In this document: in pieces, positions 24,101 through 34,555 of the stretch
Layout: each line of letters starts with the position of its first letter
Position numbering within the stretch: position 1 is the stretch's first letter
Origin: Curvularia clavata
Taxonomy: Eukaryota
Assembly (NCBI GenBank): GCA_023920165.1
Contig: CP089275.1
Location: 5,642,001 to 5,706,000, forward strand
Length of the DNA stretch: 64,000 nucleotides
Direction: 5' to 3'
Position numbers and translations under genes: made by a program
The notes under the pieces: model-generated
The model's input: the letters and a program-made list of their open reading frames with translations, nothing else
The model's database searches: none
Told to the model about the DNA's origin: nothing

Positions 24101-25283
24101 TCATGTCAATCAAGATAAGACCAAGCTGCTGTTGCGTCCTGACAAGACTGTCATCACCCAAGAACATCACATCTGGCCTTCACTGACGGATGAAGATTGG
24201 ATCAAGGTTGAAGTTCAACTTCGAGATCTCATCTTGCTCGACTATGGCAAGAAGAACAATGTCAATACTTCGTCACTTACCAGCAGTGAAGTGCGTGACA
24301 TCATTTTGGGTATGGAGATCTCAGCTCCTTCCATGCAACGCCAACAAGCTGCCGAGATCGACAAGCAACAAGAGGAACAGCAGCAGTTGACTGCCGTCAC
24401 CACCAAGACCCAGAACATCCACGGCGAGGAGATGGTCGTTACAACAACTTCGCAGTACGAGCAGGCCTCGTTCGCATCCAAGACGGAGTGGCGCACAAGG
24501 GCTGTTGCCACGTCCAACCTGCGTACTCGTGCTAACAATATCTACATCAACTCCGAAGATGTGAAGGAGGAGGGCCACTTCACCTACGTCATGCCGAAGA
24601 ATGTGCTCAAGCGATTCATCACCATCGCTGATCTGCGTGTTCAAGTGGCGGGTTACCTTTACGGCAAGTCGCCGCCAGACAATGACCAGGTCAAGGAAAT
24701 CTGTACGATTGTTATGATTCCACAAGTCGGCAATACCCGCGATGTTCAACTGCCGAAGGAGCTGCCCAGACACGAGTACCTGGACAACCTTGAGCCATTG
24801 GGTATCATCCACACCGTCAGTGGAAACGAACCACCATACATGCAAGCGAGCGACGTTACTCAGCACGCTCGTCTTATGAATCAGCACGCCAGTTGGGATA
24901 AGAAGACTGTTTCGATGACTGTATCCTTCACCCCTGGTTCAGTCTCGCTCGCTGCCTGGGCTCTCACACCTAACGGATACAAATGGGGTGCCGAGAACAA
25001 GGACACCATGTCCGACAACCCAGCCGGCTTCAGCACCAGTTTTGGTGAAAAGTGTCAGTTGCTGTTATCCGATAAGATCCGGGGTTACTTCCTCGTCCCC
25101 GAGAACGGTATCTGGAACTACAGTTTTATGGGTAGCGCGTTCGGTACAGTTGAGAAGAAGCCAGTGCACGTGCGTCTTGATACACCAGTTCGCTTCTACG
25201 ACCCGGTGCATAGGCCGCTGCACTTCCACAACTTTGCCGAGCTTGAGGATGTTTGGGTCGATAGGGAGAATCAGTTTGAGTAG
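18162..25283 (+). CDS. PRP8: Pre-mRNA splicing factor Prp8 (U5 snRNP), single exon, 2373 aa
   Basis: Unmistakable Prp8 sequence: polyproline N-terminus, 'PPEHLRK', 'RFGNAFHL', RT/RNaseH-like regions and C-terminal Jab1/MPN domain. Confidence 0.98.
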   Translation: MDFPPPPPPPPPPGPPPPGPPGSEYAPPPPPPPPPGPPGMAGPPGMRPPVDPQIAKFAQKKKDWLRQQRQRFGEKRKAGFVETQKADLPPEHLRKVFRDIGDVSQKKFTSDKRSYLGALKFMPHAVLKLLENMPMPWESRRDVKVLYHTNGCLTLVNEVPRVIEPVFHAQWAAMWLAMRKEKSDRRHFKRMRFPPFDDEEPPLSYSENIEDVEPLEPIQLELDEDEDSPVYEWFYEHRPLLDTPHVNGPSYETWNLDLPQMATLYRLSKQLLSDIVDKNYFHMFDLDSFQTAKALNVAIPGGPRFEPLYKDIDPNDEDFGEFNAIDRIIFRSPIRTEYRVSYPYLYNSLPRSVKLAWYSYPQVVYVRAEDPDLPAFYFDPGINPISSRAVAPKNISVSHEDMVFGDADEDDEDDFQMPEDMEPFMADEDISTPETASAIALWWAPHPFDKRSGRMVRAQDVPLVKQWYLEHVPAGQPVKVRVSYQKLLKTYVLNELHKKPPQAQNKQNLMRTLKGTKFFQQTKIDWVEAGLQVCRQGYNMLNLLIHRKNLTYLHLDYNFNLKPVKTLTTKERKKSRFGNAFHLMREILRLTKLIVDAQVQYRLGNIDAFQLADGILYAFNHVGQLTGMYRYKYKLMHQIRSCKDLKHLIYYRFNSGPVGKGPGCGFWAPAWRVWLFFMRGIIPLLERWLGNLLSRQFEGRHSKGVAKTVTKQRVESHFDLELRAAVMSDLMDMMPEGIKQNKVNTVLQHLSEAWRCWKSNIPWKVPGLPAPIENIILRYVKSKADWWISVAHYNRERIRRGATVDKTVAKKNLGRLTRLWLKAEQERQHNYMKDGPYVSSEEAVAIYTTMVHWLEARKFQPIPFPSVSYKHDTKILILALERLREAYSVKGRLNQSQREELALIEQAYDSPGTTLARIKRFLLTQRAFKEVGIDMNDNYSSINPVYDIEPMEKITDAYLDQYLWYQADQRHLFQAWIKPSDSEVPPLLTYKWAQGINNLDQVWETKDGECNVMIETQLSKVYEKIDLTMLNRLLRLIMDHNLADYITAKNNVQLNYKDMNHVNAYGMIRGLQFSGFVFQYYGLVLDILLLGLQRANEIAGAPESPNDFLQFKDRETEVRHPIRLYTRYIDRIWVFFRFTAEESRDLIQRFLTENPDPNFENVIGYKNKKCWPRDSRMRLMRHDVNLGRAVFWDLKNRLPRSVTTIEWDDTFASVYSRDNPNLLFSMNGFEVRILPKIRNLTGEFPVKDSVWSLVDNSTKERTADAFLQVTEEDIQKFNNRIRQILMSSGSTTFTKIANKWNTTLIALFTYYREAAVSTVNLLDTIVKCETKIQTRVKIGLNSKMPSRFPPAVFYTPKELGGLGMISGSHILIPTSDKRWSKQTDTGVTHYRAGMSHDEETLIPNIFRYIIPWESEFVDSQRVWMEYSQKRQEAQQQNRRLTLEDLEDSWDRGLPRINTLFQKDRSTLSFDKGFRARTEFKIYQHMKSNPFWWTSQRHDGKLWNLNSYRTDVIQALGGVETILEHTLFKATAFPSWEGLFWEKASGFEESMKFKKLTNAQRSGLNQIPNRRFTLWWSPTINRANVYVGFQVQLDLTGIFLHGKIPTLKISLIQIFRAHLWQKIHESVVMDLCQVFDQELEALGIETVQKETIHPRKSYKMNSSCADILLFASHKWSVSPPSMLYDTKDTMSATTTNKFWLDVQLRYGDYDSHDIERYVRAKYLDYTQDSMSIYPSATGLMIGIDLAYNLYSAYGQYFPGLKQLIQQAMAKIMKANPALYVLRERIRKGLQLYASESSQEFLNSQNYSELFSNQIQLFIDDTNVYRVTIHKTFEGNLTTKPINGAIFIFNPRTGQLFLKIIHTSVWAGQKRLGQLAKWKTAEEVAALIRSLPVEEQPKQLIVTRKGLLDPLEVHLLDFPNISIRASELQLPFQAAMKVEKLGDMILRATGPQMVLFNLYDEWLKTISSYTAFSRLILILRALHVNQDKTKLLLRPDKTVITQEHHIWPSLTDEDWIKVEVQLRDLILLDYGKKNNVNTSSLTSSEVRDIILGMEISAPSMQRQQAAEIDKQQEEQQQLTAVTTKTQNIHGEEMVVTTTSQYEQASFASKTEWRTRAVATSNLRTRANNIYINSEDVKEEGHFTYVMPKNVLKRFITIADLRVQVAGYLYGKSPPDNDQVKEICTIVMIPQVGNTRDVQLPKELPRHEYLDNLEPLGIIHTVSGNEPPYMQASDVTQHARLMNQHASWDKKTVSMTVSFTPGSVSLAAWALTPNGYKWGAENKDTMSDNPAGFSTSFGEKCQLLLSDKIRGYFLVPENGIWNYSFMGSAFGTVEKKPVHVRLDTPVRFYDPVHRPLHFHNFAELEDVWVDRENQFE

Positions 25284-26691
25284 AGAATTGAGATTTGATT
25301 GGGGGCATAGTTAAGTCATACCATAATAAGTTTGTTCAGGCGTTGAGAGGAGCAAGGCGTTTTTGCACGCTCGAAGATTCACTGGTAGGAGATTGTGGCG
25401 ACGAGCCCGGAACAAAATGTGCATAGTGTATTATAATCATTTTCACTGAAATGTAATTCGAGGTTGAATGAATTGGTTGCCAAAATTAAGTTTGGGGTGC
25501 TTATGGTGAGACGCAATCTCAGTGATTTTCATATCTTCGAGTAAATAATCAGTGGCGTACTTTTCAAGTGAGTGACGTACCCTACCAAACCTACGCGCTT
25601 CTTTAAGCGTGTAGCTCCACCGTAATATAACTATTCTATCACATATCGATATATTAGATCAAGTAGTATGTATCGTATCTTATTATATATACGCGACTCA
25701 TAGCCAGTCTCTCTGTGATGGGCTAGGCTTTGCCTATCCTATTAAGGCACGTGTGCAGACGGATCACGTGCTAACCACTATAAGAATACCTATCGCACTA
25801 GAACATATCTCGCTATTAAGCAATACAATAACTTTTGGGTCCTTACAGTTTCCTGAAAGGGCTCAGCCTATAACACTCTCTTCGCCTAATACAGCGCGCT
25901 AGAGATCAGTAGCTAGTACCCACTCGCTCTCCTTAATACTCTTCATAAGCAATCTGCTAATTCGCGTTGCGCCGCATGAGTAGATCCTCTCTAGCTCCCT
26001 TTGTGAGCAGTCCTTGCCTCTATGTCCGCTTCTTCTTGCACTATCTACGCTTCGTTACTGCCTTGTTAGCTCTCTTAAGACAAGTGATCTAATCGCGCAT
26101 TAGCTTGCCTGATAGTATGATTACCTTAGCGCCCTTCTTAGGCTGCGTAATTGCTAAAATACATAAAGCTGGCGAAGAGCTACTATGCTGCCGAATATAG
26201 TTGCGTATTAACATTGATTGAGCTTCAAGCGCACGTACGTTACTTGGCGTACGAGCTAGCTGGAGAGCTTCTATGAGAGCTGCTGGAGGAGTAGGCATAC
26301 GTAGTTTTAGCTGCACGTCTATATTTGATGGAACGGTATTTGCCTGGAGAGTCACAAGGCTTGCGCCAAGGAAGGCAGAGCAGATATTAGCTGAGGTAAA
26401 CGATGGGTTGAAGACTACCTTAAACGCTAGCAGAAACTCGGGCTTGGTGATACAGGAATATGGCTGTAGACCAGGGTCTCCATCTCTTAGCTATAGGCGC
26501 GCTTTAGTGGCGAGAATTAGCTAATGTCAAGAGTCTAAAGTGAGTAAGGCGATATACAGAGCGCGTAAATATTGTTTTTCTGGTCGAGCTCTCAAGAAGC
26601 AATAAAGTGGTGGCTTTTATAGCCATCAAGGTTAAGCAGATAGCGCGCGCCTATAATGCGAGTCTTCATATAGACGTTAAAGTGCTTTACT

Positions 26692-27833
26692 TGCAACTAT
26701 TCACTGCCTAAGACCCACCCAGTGAGACCGCCTATCAAGATCCGACTGAGAGCCAGGCGAGATCCGAAGGAGATCCGTACTAGTGGCCACCTTGGCCACC
26801 CACCACAACCCATGACTTTTGTCTATATTCTCAACACCACAAACCCCAAATGAGTCCCAGTGAGCTAGCTATACAATCTGCTTTCAGAGATTTAAATTCT
26901 AGCGTTTTCGCTAGCTAGCGTAAAGCTATTCAGGCTTATAGTATTCCGCAATCCACGCTTCAAGAACGTCTCTAAGGCCGATAACCCAACACAAGAGCTT
27001 GTTAGCACCAGCAGCGATTAGCTCTAGAATAAGGAATTTTCTAGTAGAGTAGACACTCGAAGAGGACTTACGCGCACAGCCTTGATCTCATCCACACGTC
27101 AAAAAAAAGGCCGCCAGAATTCTACACATGAACGGCGATTACCAGCCACTTAGACAACTATAGGTATCTCACTTTGTCACCCACAACTCACGCGTGATGT
27201 CAATCGTCGGCCGAAAGGTCGAGAGCGCACGCACTACTAGCGCTAACTATAAGACCATAATAGCTTTTCTTGAGCTCTTCGAGCGTACACACATAGAGCT
27301 AGACATATAGTATAAAGATATATAGATATAGATAAGACTGGAGTAGCGCCAAAGTGCTTGCAAACTCTTCAAAAACAACACTTACGTCAAGTGTGTAGAA
27401 ATCACGAGCAGACATTACTTATTAAGACTGTTTCTACTATAGGCGCTAAGCTCTGGTATTTAGTTATGAAAGCGAGTTCAAGTCAATCTAAATAAGCGCT
27501 TTCGTAACATTAAGAGTATCCAGGCTGCAATTAACAGAGCAGCAGCTCAACAGTCTCAACGACCACATGAAAAGGAAGACGAAACTAAAGCAGTAGTAGT
27601 AACAGCAGACGCGCTAAGTCCCATATGTACTGAGTGGCAAATATAATTGTTGTTGTTGAGAAAATCGCGAATCTTAACTGTGTCGTGGAGTGGCCAAGGT
27701 GGCCGACCACTATATGGCCAAGCTTAATTGCCCACTGAATTTAAGGTGTTTGTACCATCTAGTCACTTCCATATGCCTCTAAGTGACACGATCTATCAAT
27801 ACCAATCCGATTAGTCTTGCTCATACCGTTATA
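26692..27833. mobile_element. Putative solo LTR (~210 bp once the inner insertion is removed) inserted in the outer transposase
   Basis: Ends tgcaac...gttata (degenerate TGTAAC...GTTACA). Flanks ttact/ttagc form an imperfect 5-bp TSD. Removing it rejoins the transposase as '...TTG CTA AAG CAC TTT AAC' (LLKHFN). Confidence 0.6.
26781..27712 (+). mobile_element. Internally deleted, RIP-degraded second pogo/Fot1-type element (inner element)
   Basis: Inverted termini tagtggccaccttggccac (left) and gtggccaaggtggccgaccacta (right), followed by TA. Transposase relic from ATG 26850: 'MSPSELAIQSAFRDLNSSVFAS*RKAIQAYSIPQSTLQERL*G' (psq-type HTH). Most of the DDE core is missing. Confidence 0.8.
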
Positions 27834-28657
27834 TTAGCAACTTAACTCTAAGCTTATTAGTCGTCTAGCTATCATCGCTAACTGAAATCGCCTAGTCGCA
27901 TGAAATCTTTATCTTCTCGTACCAGGCAGACATGTGATACCAACCAGCAAAGATTAGGAACAGTAGCACTGTCCAGCTAGCTGCACTAATCGCTGTGATC
28001 AACGTAACCCACTCGCGACTATCTGGCTAAATAGTTTTTAGCTAGTGACTTCTTTCTAAAGCTATAAATATAAGCTAAGTTATAATATTACCTATGAACA
28101 AGCTACCGTGGTCAAATTTATAGACGTCCTGATGCAGTACTTGGCCTTTATTTACTCTATAAGCTCAAACTAGTCGTCAATTGAGGCTAGATCTTCATGC
28201 CAAGCTCTCTGCCTATCGTATGCGCCATTGGAACGGGTAGTAAGAGAGTCTTTACGCTTGATAAAGTTGTGCGGCTAGTGGACGCCGACCTGGCAAGCGT
28301 CGAGCGCAGCTAGTAGCTTATCGGCTGTATCGCGCATAGCAGCGTAACTAGGTGCAAATTGGCGCCGGAATAGATTAGTTATATGACAAATAGCCATCTA
28401 CGCTTCTAGGTGCGTCAGCCTTTCTTTTAGTTAGGCTGGCAATCGCGTTGGGCAGGCTTGCCGGCGCGTCGGCGGCAGAGCGTTGCTTTAGCTACACTGT
28501 AGACTTGAGCAGTAGAGCGATTGCTTTTAATCTATCTAGTATTAACAGATGAGACAGCAAGCTAGATGTCTGCTTTATTCAACTGTAGTTGAGTAACGAA
28601 TTGTAGAGCCATTGTATATCAAGAGAGGAGAGGTATGGAGGTTTTGGTGGGGTGCGA

Positions 28658-28759
28658 CACTCACTTGTGCGTGTCAACCACCTGTACATGTCACTCACTT
28701 ATACATATCACTCACTTATACATGCCGCTCACCTGTACGCTTCACTCACTTGTAAAGTA
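28658..28759. repeat. Six tandem 17-bp subterminal repeats of the outer transposon
   Basis: cactcacttgtgcgtgt / caaccacctgtacatgt / cactcacttatacatat / cactcacttatacatgc / cgctcacctgtacgctt / cactcacttgtaaagta. Confidence 0.85.
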
Positions 28760-30348
28760 CGTTACAGCTATCGCAAATGAAATTAGTTGTAACATGCATA
28801 CGTCTCCAGCTTAAATACAGCAAAAGCATGGAGGTCTTGAATACGGTTTCATTCATAATAATCTTTTTTTTTTGCATATTTGCTTGTTGTCAAGGCCAGG
28901 TACAAGCTGGCTTGGGTTTGAGAGTCATGGGTTGCTACATGGTCAGCCAGAACTAATCTACCCTGTCTTTCTCTCCCCATTACCTGTTCCCAGGCCCACA
29001 AAATCATCCCGTCCGATGCGCTAGAACCTTCGTCGGGCGCCCTCGCACCGCTGGGTCAAGGAAGGGCGACGGCGTCAGAAGCGGATTATACGTAACAACT
29101 ATCAACACCCAATCAATGCAAGCCATACAACATGCATTTACGCCTTGCAGCACACACCTTTCGCCTTGGTCGGCTCAGTGCTGAACACCATATCGCCTCG
29201 CGACGCAGCTGGGTCTTGAGCTGACGAGCTCGACGTCATCGATGCTGAAGCCTGTTTCAGAGGACGCTTTTGAGGGATCAAGCGCGCCATCTGGAGATGA
29301 ATACAAAGACTTGCTTCGTCCAGACAAACACGCAAGACAACAGGTGGACTCAATTGCAGATTTCTTGTTGGCGAAGAATAGGTAGAAGTGCTTTCTGCCA
29401 GTCCTGCTGTTAGGATGCTTCAGGTAAACAGGCGGGCCGTGCTATGATCGAATCACCCCTGATACGAACCTTTGGTATCGGTAGCAAGATGAGGCAAAGA
29501 TAGTAATGCAACAACAAGGATTGGTTGTCTAGTGGTTGTTGGCAACCGAGCTAGATTCGGAGGATGGTGCCAAGACGCTCCACACGACCCATAGAAGTAC
29601 CCCCCACCTTATTGACCGTCGAACTGCGCGTATTCTATTGTAGAAGGAGCTTGGTGAAAATGAAACGCTTATCCAGAAAGTACGATGGCCAAGCCCTTGG
29701 CCCGCATGCTGATGGTAATGTTTGTCCAGTCGGCCGTCTTGTTGCTGGCCGCTTTGGGGGCTAGGGCGGAATGGGGAGGTGACAAGACCGTGAAATGGAG
29801 CCTTTCTTGGCACACCCTGCTCACCCTCATGGAAGCTTTGACAGTTTTCTTCTTTTTGCCGCTTAGCTCAGCTTGGCATGTCTTTTTTGAACGTTTCCGC
29901 CGCGCCAGTACTGCGCCCAGACTCGTTGCTCATTCCTATCTTATCTTCACCAAGGGTCGACCACGGTCTTGGATGCTTCCAACAGCGCGCTTAACCGCGG
30001 CAGCATGCCTGATAGTCTGCATAAACATCCTTCGACCGGACTAGCCGAGATTCTATGGGTCATGGGTATCGTCTTTGGATGTAACCGTGATGATAACACG
30101 GCCTGGAGGTGAGCGGGAGGCGAATTCGACGGCGGAATGCTCTATTGTCGCGTGCCGGACTGGTGAAAGCCTCGCCTAGTCGTTTGCGCCCAGCTGCCCT
30201 GTATCTATATGAAGGGGGCCGTGTGCCCTTCCTTCAAACGGAGACGTCCAGGCCCGACCGCTCGTTGGATTGCTCAACTTTCGCGACTCTCGCGCTTGTG
30301 CCCTTTTGCTTTCCCTTGAGGCCAGACATTGGTCTGCCCTACGTCGCA

Positions 30349-32233
30349 ATGGCGGCCAACACAGACGTTAAGACGTCTCTCGAGATCACAAAGGGAGCAA
30401 CCATGACGACTGACCCGATCTCGGTTTCAATCGACGCTAGCTCCACTTCGTCCGATGATGATGGAAGACGCGCTCCTACTGAGGAAGAATGGGCCACTCT
30501 TCCTAGAGTCGCCGGTAACATTCCATGGCAGGCTTGGACGGTGGCTGCCGTCGAGTTTGTTGAGCGCTTCAGCTACTACGGTACCAGCGCTGTCTTCGTC
30601 AGTAAGTTAGCCCAAGCTACGTACATTGATCGTGCACTAATCTGAACTCGTAGACTTCATTCAGAAGCCACTGCCCCCAGGCTCCAAGACAGGTGCTGGT
30701 TTCCTCAAGAAGCCTGGTTCCGGCGCTCTGGATATGGGTCAACGTGCGTCGACTGGTTTGAACATGTTCAACCAGTTTTGGTCTTACATTACTCCACTTG
30801 GAGGAGCCTGGCTTGCCGACGAGTACTGGGGACGCTACAACACCATCCAGTACTCTAACATCATCGCTCTCATCGGACACGTCATCCTCATTATGTCCGC
30901 AATCCCCGCCGTCATTGTGAAGCCAAACGTAGCTATCGGCATCTTCTCCGTTGGTCTTGTCATCATGGGCATTGGAACTGGTGGATTCAAGAGTAACATC
31001 TCACCTCTCATTGCCGAACAATACAAGGATCAGAAGGCCTACGTCCGTGTCAGGAAAGGCAAGAAAGAGATTGTCGACCCAGCCACCACCACTTCGAGGA
31101 TTTACCTGTACTTTTACTTTTTGATCAACTGCGGTTCCATCACCGGATCACTTGCAATGGTCTACTCGGAGCATTTTGTGGGCTTTTGGCTGTCATTCAC
31201 ACTCCCCACCATCTGCTATCTGCTTTGCCCTCTCATCCTGATCACAATGAAGAAGCACTACAAGCTCTCGCCACCCACGGGATCCGTCATGGGAAAGGCG
31301 TTCAAGCTGGTCAAATTCGCTATGAAGAACTCTCCCCGAAAGAACACATTCAAGGACGAGGGATTCTGGGAGAGGGTTAAGCCCAGCTCTCTTCGTGCCA
31401 ACAACCAGGCTGTTCCATCCTGGATGACCTTTGATGATGCCTGGGTTGACGAAGTAAAGAGAGGCATACTTGCATGCAAGGTTTTTGTCTGGTATCCTCT
31501 CTACTGGTTGGCGTACAACCAGATGACGGGTAACCTTGTTTCCCAAGCCAACACAATGAACCTGGGCAAGGTACCGAACGACATTGTCGCGAAATTGAAC
31601 CCCCTCTTCATTGTCATCCTGATTCCGATTATGGATTTCATCATCTACCCGGGTCTCCGAAAGGCAGGCATTGTTCTCTCGCCCATCAAGAAGATCACAG
31701 CTGGATTTGCGCTTAGTTCCTTTGCCATGGTATCTGCCTGCGTTATCCAGCACTACATCTACACCATGTCGCCATGCGGAGACAACATCAACCGTCTTAG
31801 CAAGACACGCAAAGACTGCAACGCCGACATTACTGTTTGGGTTCAAGTCGTCCCCTACGGTCTGATTGGCTTTTCCGAAATCATGGCATCCATTACCAAG
31901 CTCGAATACGCCTACACCAAAGCACCCCAGAACATGAAGTCCACGATCCAGGCCATTGCTCTTTCTACATCTGCTTTCTCCGCTGCGCTCGGCCAGGCTT
32001 TCGTCAGTTTGTCCGAAGATCCTCTCTTGGTTTGGAACTACGGCTCCGTCGCTGTCGTTGCCATGTGCGGCGGTATCGGTTTCTACCTGACTTTCCGAAA
32101 GGCCGACAAAGAGGAAGATGCCATGAACAACCTCAAGGAGAGTAATTTCATTGGTGGACAGGAGGTTCGCGATGCTGAGAACGTTGAGACTCTCAGTGTG
32201 AGGGATGAGAAGAACGAGAAGAGCGGATTGTAG
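30349..32233 (+). CDS. PTR2: POT/PTR-family di/tripeptide transporter
   Basis: ExxERFxYY motif 'VEFVERFSYYG'; intron 30602-30653; 'GGAWLADEYWGRY', 'GTGGFKSNI', 'FYFLINCGS', 'EYAYTKAP'. Confidence 0.92.
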
Positions 32234-32631
32234 ACGCACAGAACATGCGAATCTGTAGCTAATGATTATGAGATTTAATATGGATGAAGACCATATGAAC
32301 TACACTTGTGCTGGTGATGGCGTCTTAAACATTTCAATGATTGTGACTGACTGGTCTGTACAACCAAATCGATCCACAACTTCTTCGAATACCCATCAAA
32401 TCAGGAAACAGCAATGGCCGACCAAAATCCATTTTATCACCGATCTACGGTAGTGATTGACTAATTAAAGAGCAATTTCAGATACTCAGTATGCCCAAAC
32501 GCCAAGTGGGTCCAGTGACTAAATAGCTTACTGAACACTACACGCCATCAATGGTTTTTATATTGTGACAGTGTTTCTACGCATTTTCCTCAATCCTCGA
32601 CCCGACTATCACTTCCCTCAGCCACTGTATT

Positions 32632-32969
32632 CTAGCCCGACAGAGATCGTGCGGCCTTGGCTTCTACAGCAAGAGAGCTCTTGTCATTATCTACTGAACC
32701 GGCGTAACTCTCATCACAGCACTGCTCAACATGTTAGCGAGATGATAAGTGATCCGACAAGCCATGGAGCGTACCTTTTCAGGTGTATCCGGGCAGAGTC
32801 GCGGATTTCGTATGCACTGTGTTTTTCAACAAACTGTTCGAATTTGACTTACACAGCCGTGGTTCTTGACAGAAAGACAGTAGACCAAAGGTGTGTTCCT
32901 GTTGCAGAACTGTGCTTGGATGGCGGGCATCATCAAAGGGATGGCAGGGATGATAGTAGAGACCCTCAT
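32632..32969 (-). CDS. Candidate small secreted Cys-rich peptide gene (82 aa, 3 exons), possibly a pseudogene
   Basis: Exons 32969-32853, 32816-32775 and 32721-32632 with phase-0 introns GTAAGT...CAG (36 nt) and GTACGC...CTAAC...CAG (53 nt). Product: MRVSTIIPAIPLMMPAIQA-QFCNRNTPLVYCLSVKNHGCCIRNPRLCPDTPEKCCDESYAGSVDNDKSSLAVEAKAARSLSG. Confidence 0.55.
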
Positions 32970-34203
32970 GTTGAAGAATTGGTAGTATAGTTGTTTGAAG
33001 ACGAGTGTCTTTTTGGTTGCTTGGTTCTAATGGGGACATAGTGAGTGATTTGGGAAGGGGTGTCACGAGAGATTTTATGTCTGCTTCCCTTTGCGTTTTG
33101 TACCCCACTATATCAGACTGAGTAAAAAGATTATCATGTTCAGCATAGCCATGACCCGATTTACCTTAGTACCCCGATAGCCTACTGGCCAAAGCTAGGG
33201 CCTCACATGTACAGTACAAAACGGAAGAGCAGAGATGGAAAGTGCTTGGAGAGCTTGCTGTCGATGTGGAACCATTACAGGCAGCTATGGACAGGTTCGA
33301 AATTGCCTAAGCTAACCCGGACTTCAAATCTTATTGAGTTCGCTAACATACAATCATAGGGTCATTCTGGGCGTTATCATATCTGCCTTCTGCACTGTCT
33401 CAACATCAGTCGACCTTTTCCTAGATGGCACTGCCGTTATGCATCGCATGGGCGCCGCACTCGGGTTTCTGGCACAAGTTTCGACTTCATCACCCTTTCC
33501 GTTAGACAAGTTGGATCATGAATTTTGGCTAGTGGAGAACGTACACAGCGGATACTGATAGAAGAGGAAGAAAAGCGAGAACCGGGCAAAACGTAAAGAG
33601 CTTTCCCATCCGGGATCACCTTTGGCGACCCAACAATGTCACAAAAAACCATGCTTTTAGCGCAGGAAAGTATCATCGTTACTTCTCAGTTTCCCATTGG
33701 TCAGTAGTCGTTTAAGATAGCAGAAAATCGGAGTCTTAGCCCATAACTAATCTGAGTTGGTCTTATCCCTCAGTTGTGCTTAAATGCCCATATGTTGTCC
33801 AAGTGAATATATTCCTCATCTGACAGATGTCAATACTCAAGCCACCTCAGTTATGCTTCGATGCTATGATTTCTCAATTGTCTGCCCTTCAAAGTTTGAA
33901 CGCATGAGTCGCCATAGTATTCGACCCTAACACATATGAGTCAATCCACTGCCTATGCAATAAGTACATGCATACCATGCACAAATGCAACTTTCTCGAG
34001 CAAAGCTACTACAAAAACACTGCCCTTGCCTGTTTCCATACCAAGATCCGACCAGAGAAAGAAAAAAAGGGCTTGGTAAATAGAACGAGCAAAACAAGTA
34101 ACCCCAGTTCTGCTTGAAAGAGAGCAACGACACAACACGAATCCACCCAGCGTATGCAGAGCTCGACGGCCTGAGAAAAAAAGACCCAGAAAAAGGGAAA
34201 AGG

Positions 34204-34229
34204 GAGTAGTAGTAGTAGTAGTAGTAGTG
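34204..34229. repeat. (AGT)n microsatellite
   Basis: About 8 perfect AGT units in the 3' flank of the downstream minus-strand gene. Confidence 0.9.
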
Positions 34230-34555
34230 AAATAAAGTAGACATCCGATTGGGGAAGTAGGGCGGAAATAAAGCACATTCCTTCATTACCCCTTCCCTGC
34301 GTGAAACCTCCCGCAGTGAACAAAAGCAGAAACAAAACATGGAGAAAGACCCTCGCCCGCCTGTCTATGCAGAAAAAAAGAAAAAGAAGAAAAAAGTGCA
34401 AGACAAGCAGGAAAACGAGCTAAAGCGAAAAAAGGCGACACAGTCGGGGCAGCAGGCTAAATGTTTGTACAAAGGAAATGTAACAAGATGAGGCTGAAAG
34501 GAGCAGAATCGTGTGGGCAATTCTAGACAATTAAGTGGACGGGAGCTAGCCCTTC

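Larger units (their letters stand above)
25555..28762 (-). mobile_element. RIP-degraded pogo/Fot1-type (Tc1/mariner superfamily) DNA transposon (outer element)
   Basis: TIRs cgtacttttcaagtgagtga (25556-25575) and tcactcacttgtaaagtacg (28742-28761) match 19/20, with TA at 28763-28764. The stop-ridden minus-strand transposase starts at 28612 with an HTH ('VYSVAKATLCRRRAG'), continues through DDE_1 relics ('AISVSDDS*TTNKL', 'KHFN...LLNLDGYKSH') and ends in a CCHC knuckle relic near 25690-25720. Strong TpA enrichment. Confidence 0.85.

Noticed and set aside
28658..28759. Repeat array as a possible CRISPR or telomeric relic
   Set aside because: Contiguous 17-bp units without spacers, not TTAGGG, and continuous with a transposon TIR.
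29529..30044. Short ORFs upstream of PTR2, one with a signal-peptide-like start (29685-30044)
   Set aside because: No Cys pattern, domain or convincing splice structure; cannot be supported.
31193..32239. 348-aa antisense ORF over PTR2
   Set aside because: Shadow ORF of a codon-biased gene.
33334..33700. Short ORFs on both strands in the intergenic region
   Set aside because: No recognisable motif or coherent exon structure.
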